From assembly GCA_965205265.1 (NCBI GenBank), contig CBDBGH010000003.1:4160001-4224000 (forward strand): DNA of 64,000 nucleotides. Direction: 5' to 3'. The translations under genes were made by a program, and so were the position numbers. Shown in pieces: positions 27,798 to 36,354 of the stretch (position 1 is the stretch's first letter; the number at the start of each line of letters is the position of its first letter). Under the pieces are notes generated by a model. It had not been told where the DNA came from. It was given only the letters and a program-made list of their open reading frames with translations, and made no database searches. Source of the DNA: Alphaproteobacteria bacterium. GTDB lineage: Bacteria; Pseudomonadota; Alphaproteobacteria; Bin95.

Positions 27798-28796
27798 TCA
27801 AGCGCCTCCGCCCAGTCCCGCCAGCAGGGTTTCGCGGGGCAGGCCGCGGGTAATGAAGACGAGGCGCGAGCGGCGGTCCTCGTCCGGCCAGCCGGCCATG
27901 CGCTTCGGCGACTGGAAGATATGCTGCACGCCGTGAACCACCACCGGCCCGTCCTCGCCTTCCAGGTTCAGGATGCCCTTGACCCGCAGGAGCTGCGGGC
28001 CGTGGCGGTTGCGCAGGTCGGCGAGCCAACGCGAGAACGCCAGCCAGTCTATCGGCTCTTCGAAGATCAGCGACACCGTATCGATGCCGTCGAGGTCGTG
28101 CCCGTGCTTGTGGTCGTGCCCGTCTTCCCCGTCGTCCACAAGCCCGAGCCAGCAGGCGTCGGCCGTGTCGAGGCCGAAGAGGAAATCCGGCGGCACCGCC
28201 CCCATCGCCGCCTCGCGCCGCTCCGCGCCCGGCGCCAGCTTGTCCAGCAGCCCGACCAGCGCTTCCGGCACCGCATCCTCGCGGTCGCATTTGGTCACCA
28301 CGATGCGGTCGGCGAGCGCGACCTGCTTCACGGCCTCCGGCTGGTCGCGGAGATGGCCGGGGCCCAGCACGCCGTCCACGGTCACGGCGACGCCGTCGAG
28401 CCGGTAGAAATTCGACACCAGCGGGTTGTTCAGCAGCGTCTGCGCGATGGGCGCGGGGTCGGCAAGGCCCGTCGTCTCCACCGCCACCCGCTCGAAGGGC
28501 GGCACCTCGCCGTCCCGCTTGCGCGCCAGCAGGTCGCGCAGCGTCTCCTCCAGGTCGGAGCGAAGCTGGCAGCACACGCAGCCGCCGTTCACCACCATGG
28601 TCTCGCCATCCACCGCCTCCACCAGCAGGTGGTCGAGGGCGATGTCTCCGAACTCGTTCACGATCACCGCCGTGCCGGCCATGGCGGGGTCGCGCAGGAG
28701 CGCGTTCAGCAGGGTGGTCTTGCCGCTGCCGAGAAAGCCGGTGAGCACGGTGACCGGGATGCGCGCCTCCGGCGCATGGGCTTCGAAAATACTCAT
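27798..28796 (-). CDS. CobW/COG0523 metallochaperone GTPase
   Basis: [23 protein letters not shown], His-rich linker, LRVKG, RLVFI. Confidence 0.93.
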   Translation of the reverse strand: MSIFEAHAPEARIPVTVLTGFLGSGKTTLLNALLRDPAMAGTAVIVNEFGDIALDHLLVEAVDGETMVVNGGCVCCQLRSDLEETLRDLLARKRDGEVPPFERVAVETTGLADPAPIAQTLLNNPLVSNFYRLDGVAVTVDGVLGPGHLRDQPEAVKQVALADRIVVTKCDREDAVPEALVGLLDKLAPGAERREAAMGAVPPDFLFGLDTADACWLGLVDDGEDGHDHKHGHDLDGIDTVSLIFEEPIDWLAFSRWLADLRNRHGPQLLRVKGILNLEGEDGPVVVHGVQHIFQSPKRMAGWPDEDRRSRLVFITRGLPRETLLAGLGGGA

Positions 28797-28897
28797 CGGC
28801 TGCGCTTTTCTTGTCTGCCTCTCTTGACCTGCCGGCGAACCGGGGCACAGGATACAGTCCTACAATTACCGGAACCGCCGCAAGGGGAGAGAGGCAC

Positions 28898-29971
28898 ATG
28901 ATCTTCAGCAAGTTCGAGTCGCTGCCTAAGACGGCCGATATCGAGTCGCCGGACCGTCGGAGCTTCATGCGCACGGCCGCCGTTGGCGCGGGCGCGGTGG
29001 CGGCCGCCGGCGCGGCGATGACCGGCGGCAGCGTCCAGGAAGCCAAGGCCGACGCGCACATGACGCCGATCGGCGAAAAGTGGTGGCCATCGCGCTGGGG
29101 CGAGGGCGACCAGGCCGGCGCCTCCAACTGGATGACGCCGGAGAAGACGCTCGACGCCGTGAAGTGGATCAAGAACGGCAAGGTCACCCGCATCGGGCGC
29201 GACTATGAGCCGAGCATTCCCTTCTTCGGCCCGCGCGGCTTCGCGCTCCGTATTCCCGGCGCCCCGACCGGCGGGCCGTTCGGCGAGAACATGCTCGTCT
29301 ATAACGACGAGTATCTCGCAACGGAAATCGGCCAGGTGGGCACCCAGTTCGACGGCCTCGGCCATATCGGCGCCATCGTCGGCTCCGCGACCGACAAGGC
29401 CGACCACCGCTACTACAACGGCTTCACCGGGGCCGAGGTCGAGGGCGCCTACGGGCTCCAGAAGATCGGCATGGAGCATGTCAAGCCGTTCTTCACCCGC
29501 GGCCACCTGATCGACGTGAAGCCGCAAAAGGCGTGGGACGTCGGCGACGAGATCACGCCGGCCCATGTCGATACCGCGCTCGCCGCGCAGGGCATGTCAC
29601 TGGACGACATCAAGGAAGGCGACGCGGTGTTCTTCAACACCGGCTGGGGCGACCTCTGGATCAAGAACAACGACCGCTTCAACTCCGGCGTCCCCGGCAT
29701 CGGCATGGACGTCGCGAAGATCCTGGTGGACAAGGGCATCTGCGTCGCCGGCGCGGACACCTGGCCGGTCGAGGTGGTGCCGAACCCAGACCCGAAGAAG
29801 GCGTTCGTGGTGCATAACGAGCTCATCACCCGCAACGGCATCTACATCCACGAGAACCTGATCTTCGACGAGCTGATCGCCGACGGGGCGTATCAGTTCG
29901 TCTATGTGTTCGCGCCGCTGCCGATCAAGGGCGGCACCGGCTCGATCGGCAACCCGATCGCGATCACCTGA
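28898..29971 (+). CDS. Tat-exported cyclase-family (kynurenine formamidase-like) metallohydrolase
   Basis: DRRSFM Tat signal, GTQFDGLGH, GIYIHENL, GGTGS. Confidence 0.85.
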   Translation: MIFSKFESLPKTADIESPDRRSFMRTAAVGAGAVAAAGAAMTGGSVQEAKADAHMTPIGEKWWPSRWGEGDQAGASNWMTPEKTLDAVKWIKNGKVTRIGRDYEPSIPFFGPRGFALRIPGAPTGGPFGENMLVYNDEYLATEIGQVGTQFDGLGHIGAIVGSATDKADHRYYNGFTGAEVEGAYGLQKIGMEHVKPFFTRGHLIDVKPQKAWDVGDEITPAHVDTALAAQGMSLDDIKEGDAVFFNTGWGDLWIKNNDRFNSGVPGIGMDVAKILVDKGICVAGADTWPVEVVPNPDPKKAFVVHNELITRNGIYIHENLIFDELIADGAYQFVYVFAPLPIKGGTGSIGNPIAIT

Positions 29972-30020
29972 CCCGACGCGGCCCGGCAAGGCCGAAGCCC
30001 GAACCCCGGAATCGAACTCC

Positions 30021-30235
30021 CCCTCTCCCCCCGGGAGAGGGCCGGGGTGAGGGCCGCCCGCAGGGCGGTAAGCGCCGCCGTTGCGGACCGCAAGGCATGA
30101 GTCGGAAGTCCTCCAGCATCGATATTTTCAGTGCGTAACCGGACTGCGGTGTCTTCGACTCGCAGGATCGGCTCTTGTTCTCATGTTCCGCCCTTCGGGC
30201 GGCCCTCACCCTTGCCCTCTCCCGGAGGGAGAGGG
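30021..30235. repeat. Pair of about 48 bp inverted palindromic repeats (REPIN-like): 30021-30068 and 30188-30235
   Basis: CCCTCTCCCnnnGGGAGAGGGnnnGGGTGAGGGCCGCCCG and its reverse complement; each contains an internal hairpin. Confidence 0.75.
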
Positions 30236-30618
30236 ATCCCGGTCTGCAGCGCCTCCTTCCGCTGCATCGCTGTCCGGTGGACGGTTTCCAGAACCGCTTC
30301 CGTTTCCTGCAATGTTTCATTGGCCCAGAAGCGGAGCACCAAGATGCCGCGGCGCGCGAGCACCCGGTCCCGACTTCTGTCGCGCAACCTTCCGTCCGGC
30401 TCGCCGTGCTGACCGCCGTCCACCTCTACGGCGAGGCGCGCTTCATGGCAGTAGAAGTCCAGCACGAAAGGCGGCTCAGGGTGCTGTCGGCGGAATTTCA
30501 GCCCCTGCAAGCGGCGATTGGCCAGATGCGCCCAGAGCCGGCGCTCGGCTTCGCTGCCCTCGCGCCGCAGGCTCCGTGCTCGGGCCGTGCGAGCGCGGCG
30601 GGGCGGCGGATGCGCCAT
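30181..30618 (-). CDS. DUF559 (Vsr-like) endonuclease-domain protein
   Basis: ARSLRR..SEAERRLW, KFRRQHP, LDFYC, VEVDGGQH, VLRFWANE. Confidence 0.88.
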   Translation of the reverse strand: MAHPPPRRARTARARSLRREGSEAERRLWAHLANRRLQGLKFRRQHPEPPFVLDFYCHEARLAVEVDGGQHGEPDGRLRDRSRDRVLARRGILVLRFWANETLQETEAVLETVHRTAMQRKEALQTGIPLPPGEGKGEGRPKGGT

Positions 30619-30628
30619 GCTGTTCCGC

Positions 30629-32239
30629 TCAGATGCCGGCGAAGAAGTCGTTGCCCTTGTCGTCTATGACGATGAAGGCGGGGAAGTCCTCGACCTCGAT
30701 GCGCCAGATCGCCTCCATGCCGAGCTCGGGGTATTCCAACAGATCGACCTTGCGGATGTGGTCCTGCGCGAGCCGCGCGGCCGAGCCGCCGACCGAGCCC
30801 AGATAGAAGCCGCCATGCGCCTTGCAGGCCGCGGTCACCTGGGCCGAGCGGTTGCCCTTGGCCAGCATGACATGGCTGCCGCCCGCGGCCTGGAAGGCGC
30901 CCACGAAGGCATCCATGCGCCCGGCCGTGGTCGGGCCGAATGAGCCCGACGCCATGCCCTCCGGAGTCTTGGCGGGGCCGGCATAGTAGATCGGGTGGTC
31001 GCGGAAACAGGCCGGCATGGCTTCGCCTGCGGCGAGCCTCGCCTCGATCTTCTGGTGCGCGAGATCGCGCGCCACGGTGATCGGGCCCGTCAGCGCAAGG
31101 CGGGTGCGGATCGGATAGCGCGAGAGCTCGGCCCGGATCTCGTCCATCGGCCGGTTGAGGTCGAGCGCCACCACCTCGCCGCCGAGCGTGTCGGCGTCCG
31201 TCTCCGGCAGGAAGCGCGCCGGGTCGCGCTCCAGCGCCTCCAGGAAAACGCCGTCGCGGCCGATCCTGGCCAGCGCCTGCCGGTCGGCCGAGCAGGAGAC
31301 GCCGAGGCCGATCGGCAGCGAGGCGCCGTGGCGCGGCAGGCGCACGACGCGCACATCGTGGCAGAAATACTTGCCGCCGAACTGCGCCCCGATGCCCATG
31401 GCGCGTGTCGCCTCCAGGATCTTCTCTTCCATCTCCCGGTCGCGATAGGCGCTGCCATGCGGTCCGCCCTCCGCCGGCAGGCCGTCGAGATAGCCGGTGC
31501 TTGCGAGCTTCACGGTCTTCAGGTTGAGCTCCGCCGACGTGCCGCCGATCGCGACCGCCAGGTGGTAGGGCGGACAGGCGGCGGTGCCGAGCGTGCGGAT
31601 CTTCTCGTCGATGAAGGGCAGCAGCCGGTCCGGGTGGAGCGTTGCCGGCGTGGCCTGGTAGAGGAAGGACTTGTTGGCCGAGCCGCCGCCCTTGGCGATG
31701 AACAGCAGCTCGTATTCCTCGCCGGGCGCGGCATAGAGGTCGAACTGCGCCGGCAGGTTGGAGCCGGTATTGCGCTCCTCGAACATGGAAACCGGCGAGA
31801 GCTGCGAATAGCGCAGATTGTCCTCCGCATAGGCGCGGAAGATGCCGCGCGAGAGCGCCTCCTCGTCACCGCCGCCGGTCAGGACGCGCTCGCCCTTCTT
31901 GCCCATGACGATGGCGGTGCCGGTGTCCTGGCACATAGGCAGCACGCCGCCGGCCGCGATATTCGCGTTCTTGAGCAGGTCGAGCGCGACGAAGCGGTCG
32001 TTGGGCGAGGCCTCGGGGTCGTCGAGGATCGAGGCGAGCTGCGCCAGATGGCCGGGCCGCAGCAGGTGCGAGATGTCGTGGAAGGCCTCGCGGGCGAGCA
32101 GGGTCAGCGCCTCCGGATCGACGGCGACGAAGTCCTGTCCGCGGAACCGCTCGACGGAGACGAAATCCCCTTCCAGCCGGCGCCAGGGAGTTCCGCCCTT
32201 GGCGAGCGGGAACATCTCGTGGAAGGCGAATTCGGGCAT
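30629..32239 (-). CDS. fumA: Class I (Fe-S) fumarate hydratase
   Basis: [35 protein letters not shown]. Confidence 0.95.
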   Translation of the reverse strand: MPEFAFHEMFPLAKGGTPWRRLEGDFVSVERFRGQDFVAVDPEALTLLAREAFHDISHLLRPGHLAQLASILDDPEASPNDRFVALDLLKNANIAAGGVLPMCQDTGTAIVMGKKGERVLTGGGDEEALSRGIFRAYAEDNLRYSQLSPVSMFEERNTGSNLPAQFDLYAAPGEEYELLFIAKGGGSANKSFLYQATPATLHPDRLLPFIDEKIRTLGTAACPPYHLAVAIGGTSAELNLKTVKLASTGYLDGLPAEGGPHGSAYRDREMEEKILEATRAMGIGAQFGGKYFCHDVRVVRLPRHGASLPIGLGVSCSADRQALARIGRDGVFLEALERDPARFLPETDADTLGGEVVALDLNRPMDEIRAELSRYPIRTRLALTGPITVARDLAHQKIEARLAAGEAMPACFRDHPIYYAGPAKTPEGMASGSFGPTTAGRMDAFVGAFQAAGGSHVMLAKGNRSAQVTAACKAHGGFYLGSVGGSAARLAQDHIRKVDLLEYPELGMEAIWRIEVEDFPAFIVIDDKGNDFFAGI

Positions 32240-32250
32240 GTGCGCGCCCC

Positions 32251-32739
32251 TCATTTCTTGCGGAAACGGTCCAGCGAGACGACATTGCCGCCACCGCCGC
32301 CTTCATCCCCCTCGGCACCGGCGGCGGGCTCCGCGGCACCTTCGGCGGCCTCGCCTTCCGCAGCAGGCAGCACGGGCTCGACTCCCTGGCGGGAGAAGCG
32401 CAGGCCGAAATCCACGGACGGGTCGTGGAACACGGTCACCGCTTCCCAGGGAATATGCAGGCGCTCCTGCACACGGTTGAAGGACAGCGTCACCTCGAAA
32501 TGGGTCGAATGGACCTCCAGCCCGTAATACTGGTGCTGGAGCACGATGGTCATCGTTTCGGGATATTGGGAGGCGAGGCGCAGCGGCACGGCCGCGGCCG
32601 GGTGGCGGGTGAGGAAGGTGATGTAGAAATGGTGGTTGCCGGGGAGGCCCTTCTCGGCCACCTCCGTGAGCGCGCGCCGGACCACGCTGCGCATCGCGTC
32701 CTCGACGAGCCGGTCGTAATCCAGGAAGTCTTCGGCCAT
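32251..32739 (-). CDS. sspB: ClpXP adaptor SspB (alphaproteobacterial type)
   Basis: [26 protein letters not shown]-terminal [11 protein letters not shown]; downstream of ssrA. Confidence 0.92.
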   Translation of the reverse strand: MAEDFLDYDRLVEDAMRSVVRRALTEVAEKGLPGNHHFYITFLTRHPAAAVPLRLASQYPETMTIVLQHQYYGLEVHSTHFEVTLSFNRVQERLHIPWEAVTVFHDPSVDFGLRFSRQGVEPVLPAAEGEAAEGAAEPAAGAEGDEGGGGGNVVSLDRFRKK

Positions 32740-32812
32740 AGCTCCCCCGGCGCCCCCGGCGGTGCGGCGCCGATGCCGCCGCCATTTACAAGTCGCCGCG
32801 TTGCGCGCGGCG

Positions 32813-33062
32813 GATGGAGGGCTTCTGTTGCCCGGTGCCCTCCAAACCGCGCTTGCCGAATCAGCGATCAGGCAGCGAGTGCGACCTCATTGTCGTTCGC
32901 ACTTGAGTTGCGGCCCGATAACGGTGGTGCCATGCCGAGCGAAGACCATGCCTTTACCGCGCACGTCGATCCTGGTTCGCCCCCGTATATGGTGGAGGCG
33001 CCGGGTACTGCCCCCGGGTCCGCAACGCTTATTCCGCATGGCGTTTATCGCCATAGCCGGGC
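32813..33062 (-). ncRNA. ssrA: Circularly permuted two-piece tmRNA; tag reading frame ANDNEVALAA*
   Basis: On the minus strand: T-arm/acceptor half ...CCCGGCGCCTCCACCA (ends 32990), then GGGGGCGAA (starts 32984), tag ORF 32900-32868. Outer boundaries approximate. Confidence 0.92.
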
Positions 33063-33157
33063 ATGCCCGGCCTCTCCAATATAGGATGGAAGGCCCCGCC
33101 GGGCAATCGCGGGCAGGCTTCCCCTGCAGCGCAATCCGGTATAGCGAGGGGTGGGGA

Positions 33158-33979
33158 ATGCGGAGGTCGGACATGGGTTCCAGAGGCGGCGGCGGGCGCA
33201 TTGCCGGGCTCGCATTGCTGCTGGCCGCTATGGCAGCCGAGGCGGCGGGCGGCGGAATTGCGCCGCACCGGGCGCTCTATGAGGTCGGGCTGGTCAGCGC
33301 CGACCCGTCTTCCGGCATCGACGCGCTGTCGGGCGCGGCCGTCTATGAGTGGTCGTCCGGCTGCGACAGGGTCGTCGTGAACCGCGAGACCCGGCTGTCG
33401 GTCCAGTCGCCGGACGGGGCACCGGTCTCCGTGCGGGTCGAGTTCTCCGCCTGGGAGCAATTGGACGGCCTGGCCTACGGCTTCGCCGGCAGAACCGTCA
33501 GGAACGGCGTCGAGACCGAGGCGCGAAGCGGCACGGCGCGCCTCGCGGAGCCGGGCGGCGGCGGAGAAGCCGAATACAGCCGGCCGCGCGGACGCCGCCT
33601 TCCCCTGGAGCCGGGCACGATGTTTCCCGCCGCCTGGGTCCGGAGCGTTCTCGACCATGCCAGGGCCGGCAAGGGCCTGCTGACAAGCAGCGTGTTCTTC
33701 GGCGAGGACGATGACGCCCTGTTGACGGCAACCGTTCTGGTGCTGCCGGAGCACGCAGCGGGCGACGCCCCGGAGGCCCCGGCCGCACTGGAGGGCCTCA
33801 CCCGCTGGCGCGCGCAGTTCGCCTTCTTCGATGCGGGCAAAGAGACGTTGCCCGCCTTCGAGACGACCGAATGGTTCTACGAAAACGGCGTCGGCGGCGA
33901 TGCCGTTCTCGCCTTTCCGGATTTCACGATCCGTTACCGCCTGAGAGCCGTGAAGCTCCACGACCCGCCGGACTGCTGA
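33158..33979 (+). CDS. eipB: Envelope integrity protein EipB family (DUF1849)
   Basis: Signal peptide, APHRALYEV, FSAWE..DG, TMFP, YENGV, terminal Cys; next to ssrA. Confidence 0.75.
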   Translation: MRRSDMGSRGGGGRIAGLALLLAAMAAEAAGGGIAPHRALYEVGLVSADPSSGIDALSGAAVYEWSSGCDRVVVNRETRLSVQSPDGAPVSVRVEFSAWEQLDGLAYGFAGRTVRNGVETEARSGTARLAEPGGGGEAEYSRPRGRRLPLEPGTMFPAAWVRSVLDHARAGKGLLTSSVFFGEDDDALLTATVLVLPEHAAGDAPEAPAALEGLTRWRAQFAFFDAGKETLPAFETTEWFYENGVGGDAVLAFPDFTIRYRLRAVKLHDPPDC

Positions 33980-34141
33980 CGCGGCATTCGTTCGGACCTG
34001 GCGGGGTACATTGTGCCTAACCCGCGCATCGTATAGGCTCCGAACCGGCCCTTTTCTGGAATGTCCTCTTGATCTGGATTCTGTGGGCACGAAACGCGCG
34101 GTCCGGGTTGTATTCCCGCCGGGGCATGTGCGGCTAGGGGC

Positions 34142-34429
34142 GCCGGCACCGTGGATGAACACGGCATTGCAGGAGAGCCCTTCGCGGCGCGATTTGCCAG
34201 GCGGGTGCTCGCGGCCCGCTGGCCGGTCATCCTCGCTACGCTGGTCATCGTCACCGCGGCTTCCGGCGGCATTGCACTGTTCGAATTCTCTGCGAATTAC
34301 CGGATCTTTTTCGATGACGACAATCCACAGCTTCTGGCCCTGGAAAAGCTGGAAAATACGTATGGGAAAAACGAAAACGTCGTATTCTTGGTCGTTCCGG
34401 ATAACGGCGATGCCACATCTGAAAAGGCT
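34142..34429 (+). repeat. 288 bp target-site duplication of IS1634 copy 2 (second copy 36346-36633); contains a truncated 5' copy of the MMPL gene
   Basis: GCCGGCACCGTGGATGAAC...GAAAAGGCT on both sides of the IS. Confidence 0.95.
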
Positions 34430-36345
34430 CCTGACTTCGACGGTTGGGCTGACTTCTGACCGATCTCGCGTCTGGAGTTTTCAGTAAAGCCAATGAGTTG
34501 GCAGTTGCGGTGCGGTCAAGCTGCGTTGTAGTGCCTAGTAAATCTTTGAGACTGTCAATGCCTCCGCCACGCGCTACACTCCCCCCATGTTCGTGCGCAT
34601 CAAGACCTCCCCCAACAGCCCGCGACGCTCGGTCCAGATCGTCGAGGCCGTGCGCGACGGCGGCAAGGTCCGACAGCGCATCGTCCGCCATGTCGGCGTG
34701 GCCATGGACGAGGACGAGCTCGAGCGCCTGAGGCAGCTCGGCGAGTACGTCAAGGCGAAGCTGGAGGACGAGCGTCAGCCGGCATTGTTTGCGCCCGAGA
34801 AGATCGCTGAGCAGGCGATCCGTGTCGGCCGCCGGGGGGACGGCAAGGAGGAACTCCCGGTCGACCTCAAGCAGCTTGAAGAGGAGCAGCGCCTGATCAC
34901 AGGCATCCACGAGGTCTATGGCGAGATCTACCGGCTGCTGGGCCTCGACGCGCTGCTGCCGCGCTCGCGCTACCGGGCCTCCCATGACGCGCTGTTCCAT
35001 GTGGTGATGGCGCGGGTAGCCAACCCCGACAGCAAGCGGGGCAGCGTGCGCCGGCTCGAGGAGGACTTCGGCGTGAGTCTTCCGCTCGAGAAGGTCTACC
35101 GGATGATGGATCAGCTCGACGCGACGGTGATCGAGCGACTGCGCACGCGCGTCGGCGAGGCGAGCCGGTCGCTGCTGCCGGAGCCGGTCGCGATCCTCTT
35201 CTTCGATTGCACCACGCTCTACTTCGAGACGGCCGCCGAGGACGAGCTTCGCCAGCACGGCTTCAGCAAGGACGGCAAACACAAGGACTCGCAGGTTCTG
35301 CTGGCGCTGATGGTGACGCGCGAAGGGCTGCCGATCAGCTACGAGGTCTTCCCCGGCGCCACCTACGAGGGACACAGCATGGTCCCGGTCCTGCAGGACA
35401 TGCAGCGCCGCCACCAGGTGGAGCGCACGGTATGCGTGGCCGACCGGGGCATGCTGAGCGCCGACAACCTCGACGCCATGGACGCCATCGGCGGCGAGTA
35501 TGTCGTCGGCGCGCGGCTGCGCAAGCTGCCGCTCGCGCTGCTGGGGCAGGTTCTCGACCCCGGGACCTATGCCCCGCTGGAGGGCTCACAGGACCGCCGG
35601 GTCGGCGAGTGGGAGTACAAGGGCCGTCGCCTGATCGTCGTCTTCTGCCCCCAGCGCGCACGCAAGGACGCGCACGAGCGCCGCCATCAGGTGGAACGCC
35701 TGCTCGACAGGCTGGCCCGCAGCGACAATCCCAGGGAACTGCTCTCCAATCACGGGGCGAAGCGCTTCATCGCCGTCGAGGGCGACGCACGGCTCACGGT
35801 GAACCCGGAGAAGATCGCCGAGGCCGCACGATGGGACGGGCTCACCGGCGTCATCACCAATCTGCGCGACGCGCGCGTCACCGAAGTGATGGCTCACTAC
35901 CAGGGGCTCTGGCAGGTCGAGGAGAGCTTCCGGATCACCAAACACGACCTGAAGATACGTCCCATCTGGCACTGGAACCCGGACCGGATCCGCGCTCACA
36001 TCGCCATCGCCTTCCTGGCCTTCGCCTGCGTTCGACACCTTGCGTACCGCGTCGCCATCCAGAAGCGGCGGATGTCCCCGGAGGTCATCCGCTCCGCCCT
36101 CGTCCACCGCCAGTGCTCCCTGCTGCGCTGTCGGCAATCGGGCAACCGCTACGTCATCCCCTCGAAGCCGACACCGGCGGCGGAGCAGATTTACGCAACC
36201 ATGGGGCTGCCCCTGACGATCACCCCGTATCAACTCGCCTGACCGTCGACGAAGCACGGCTCGAAGAAATGCCGGATGTAGTGCCTAGCCGAAATGAGAA
36301 CCAGGCAATATCAACTACTTATGCGAATCAACCGTCGAAGTCAGG
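34430..36345 (+). mobile_element. IS1634-family insertion sequence, copy 2 (1916 bp)
   Basis: Same TIRs and transposase as copy 1, opposite orientation. Confidence 0.93.
34587..36242 (+). CDS. IS1634-family transposase
   Basis: Same 551 aa translation as copy 1. Confidence 0.93.
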   Translation: MFVRIKTSPNSPRRSVQIVEAVRDGGKVRQRIVRHVGVAMDEDELERLRQLGEYVKAKLEDERQPALFAPEKIAEQAIRVGRRGDGKEELPVDLKQLEEEQRLITGIHEVYGEIYRLLGLDALLPRSRYRASHDALFHVVMARVANPDSKRGSVRRLEEDFGVSLPLEKVYRMMDQLDATVIERLRTRVGEASRSLLPEPVAILFFDCTTLYFETAAEDELRQHGFSKDGKHKDSQVLLALMVTREGLPISYEVFPGATYEGHSMVPVLQDMQRRHQVERTVCVADRGMLSADNLDAMDAIGGEYVVGARLRKLPLALLGQVLDPGTYAPLEGSQDRRVGEWEYKGRRLIVVFCPQRARKDAHERRHQVERLLDRLARSDNPRELLSNHGAKRFIAVEGDARLTVNPEKIAEAARWDGLTGVITNLRDARVTEVMAHYQGLWQVEESFRITKHDLKIRPIWHWNPDRIRAHIAIAFLAFACVRHLAYRVAIQKRRMSPEVIRSALVHRQCSLLRCRQSGNRYVIPSKPTPAAEQIYATMGLPLTITPYQLA

Positions 36346-36354
36346 GCCGGCACC

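Noticed and set aside
32984-34142. RiPP island integrated at tmRNA
   Set aside because: eipB lies between them, there is no integrase, and no duplicated ssrA end was seen near mutL
34151-34459. Separate 102 aa membrane protein
   Set aside because: It is only the duplicated 5' end of the MMPL gene running into the IS
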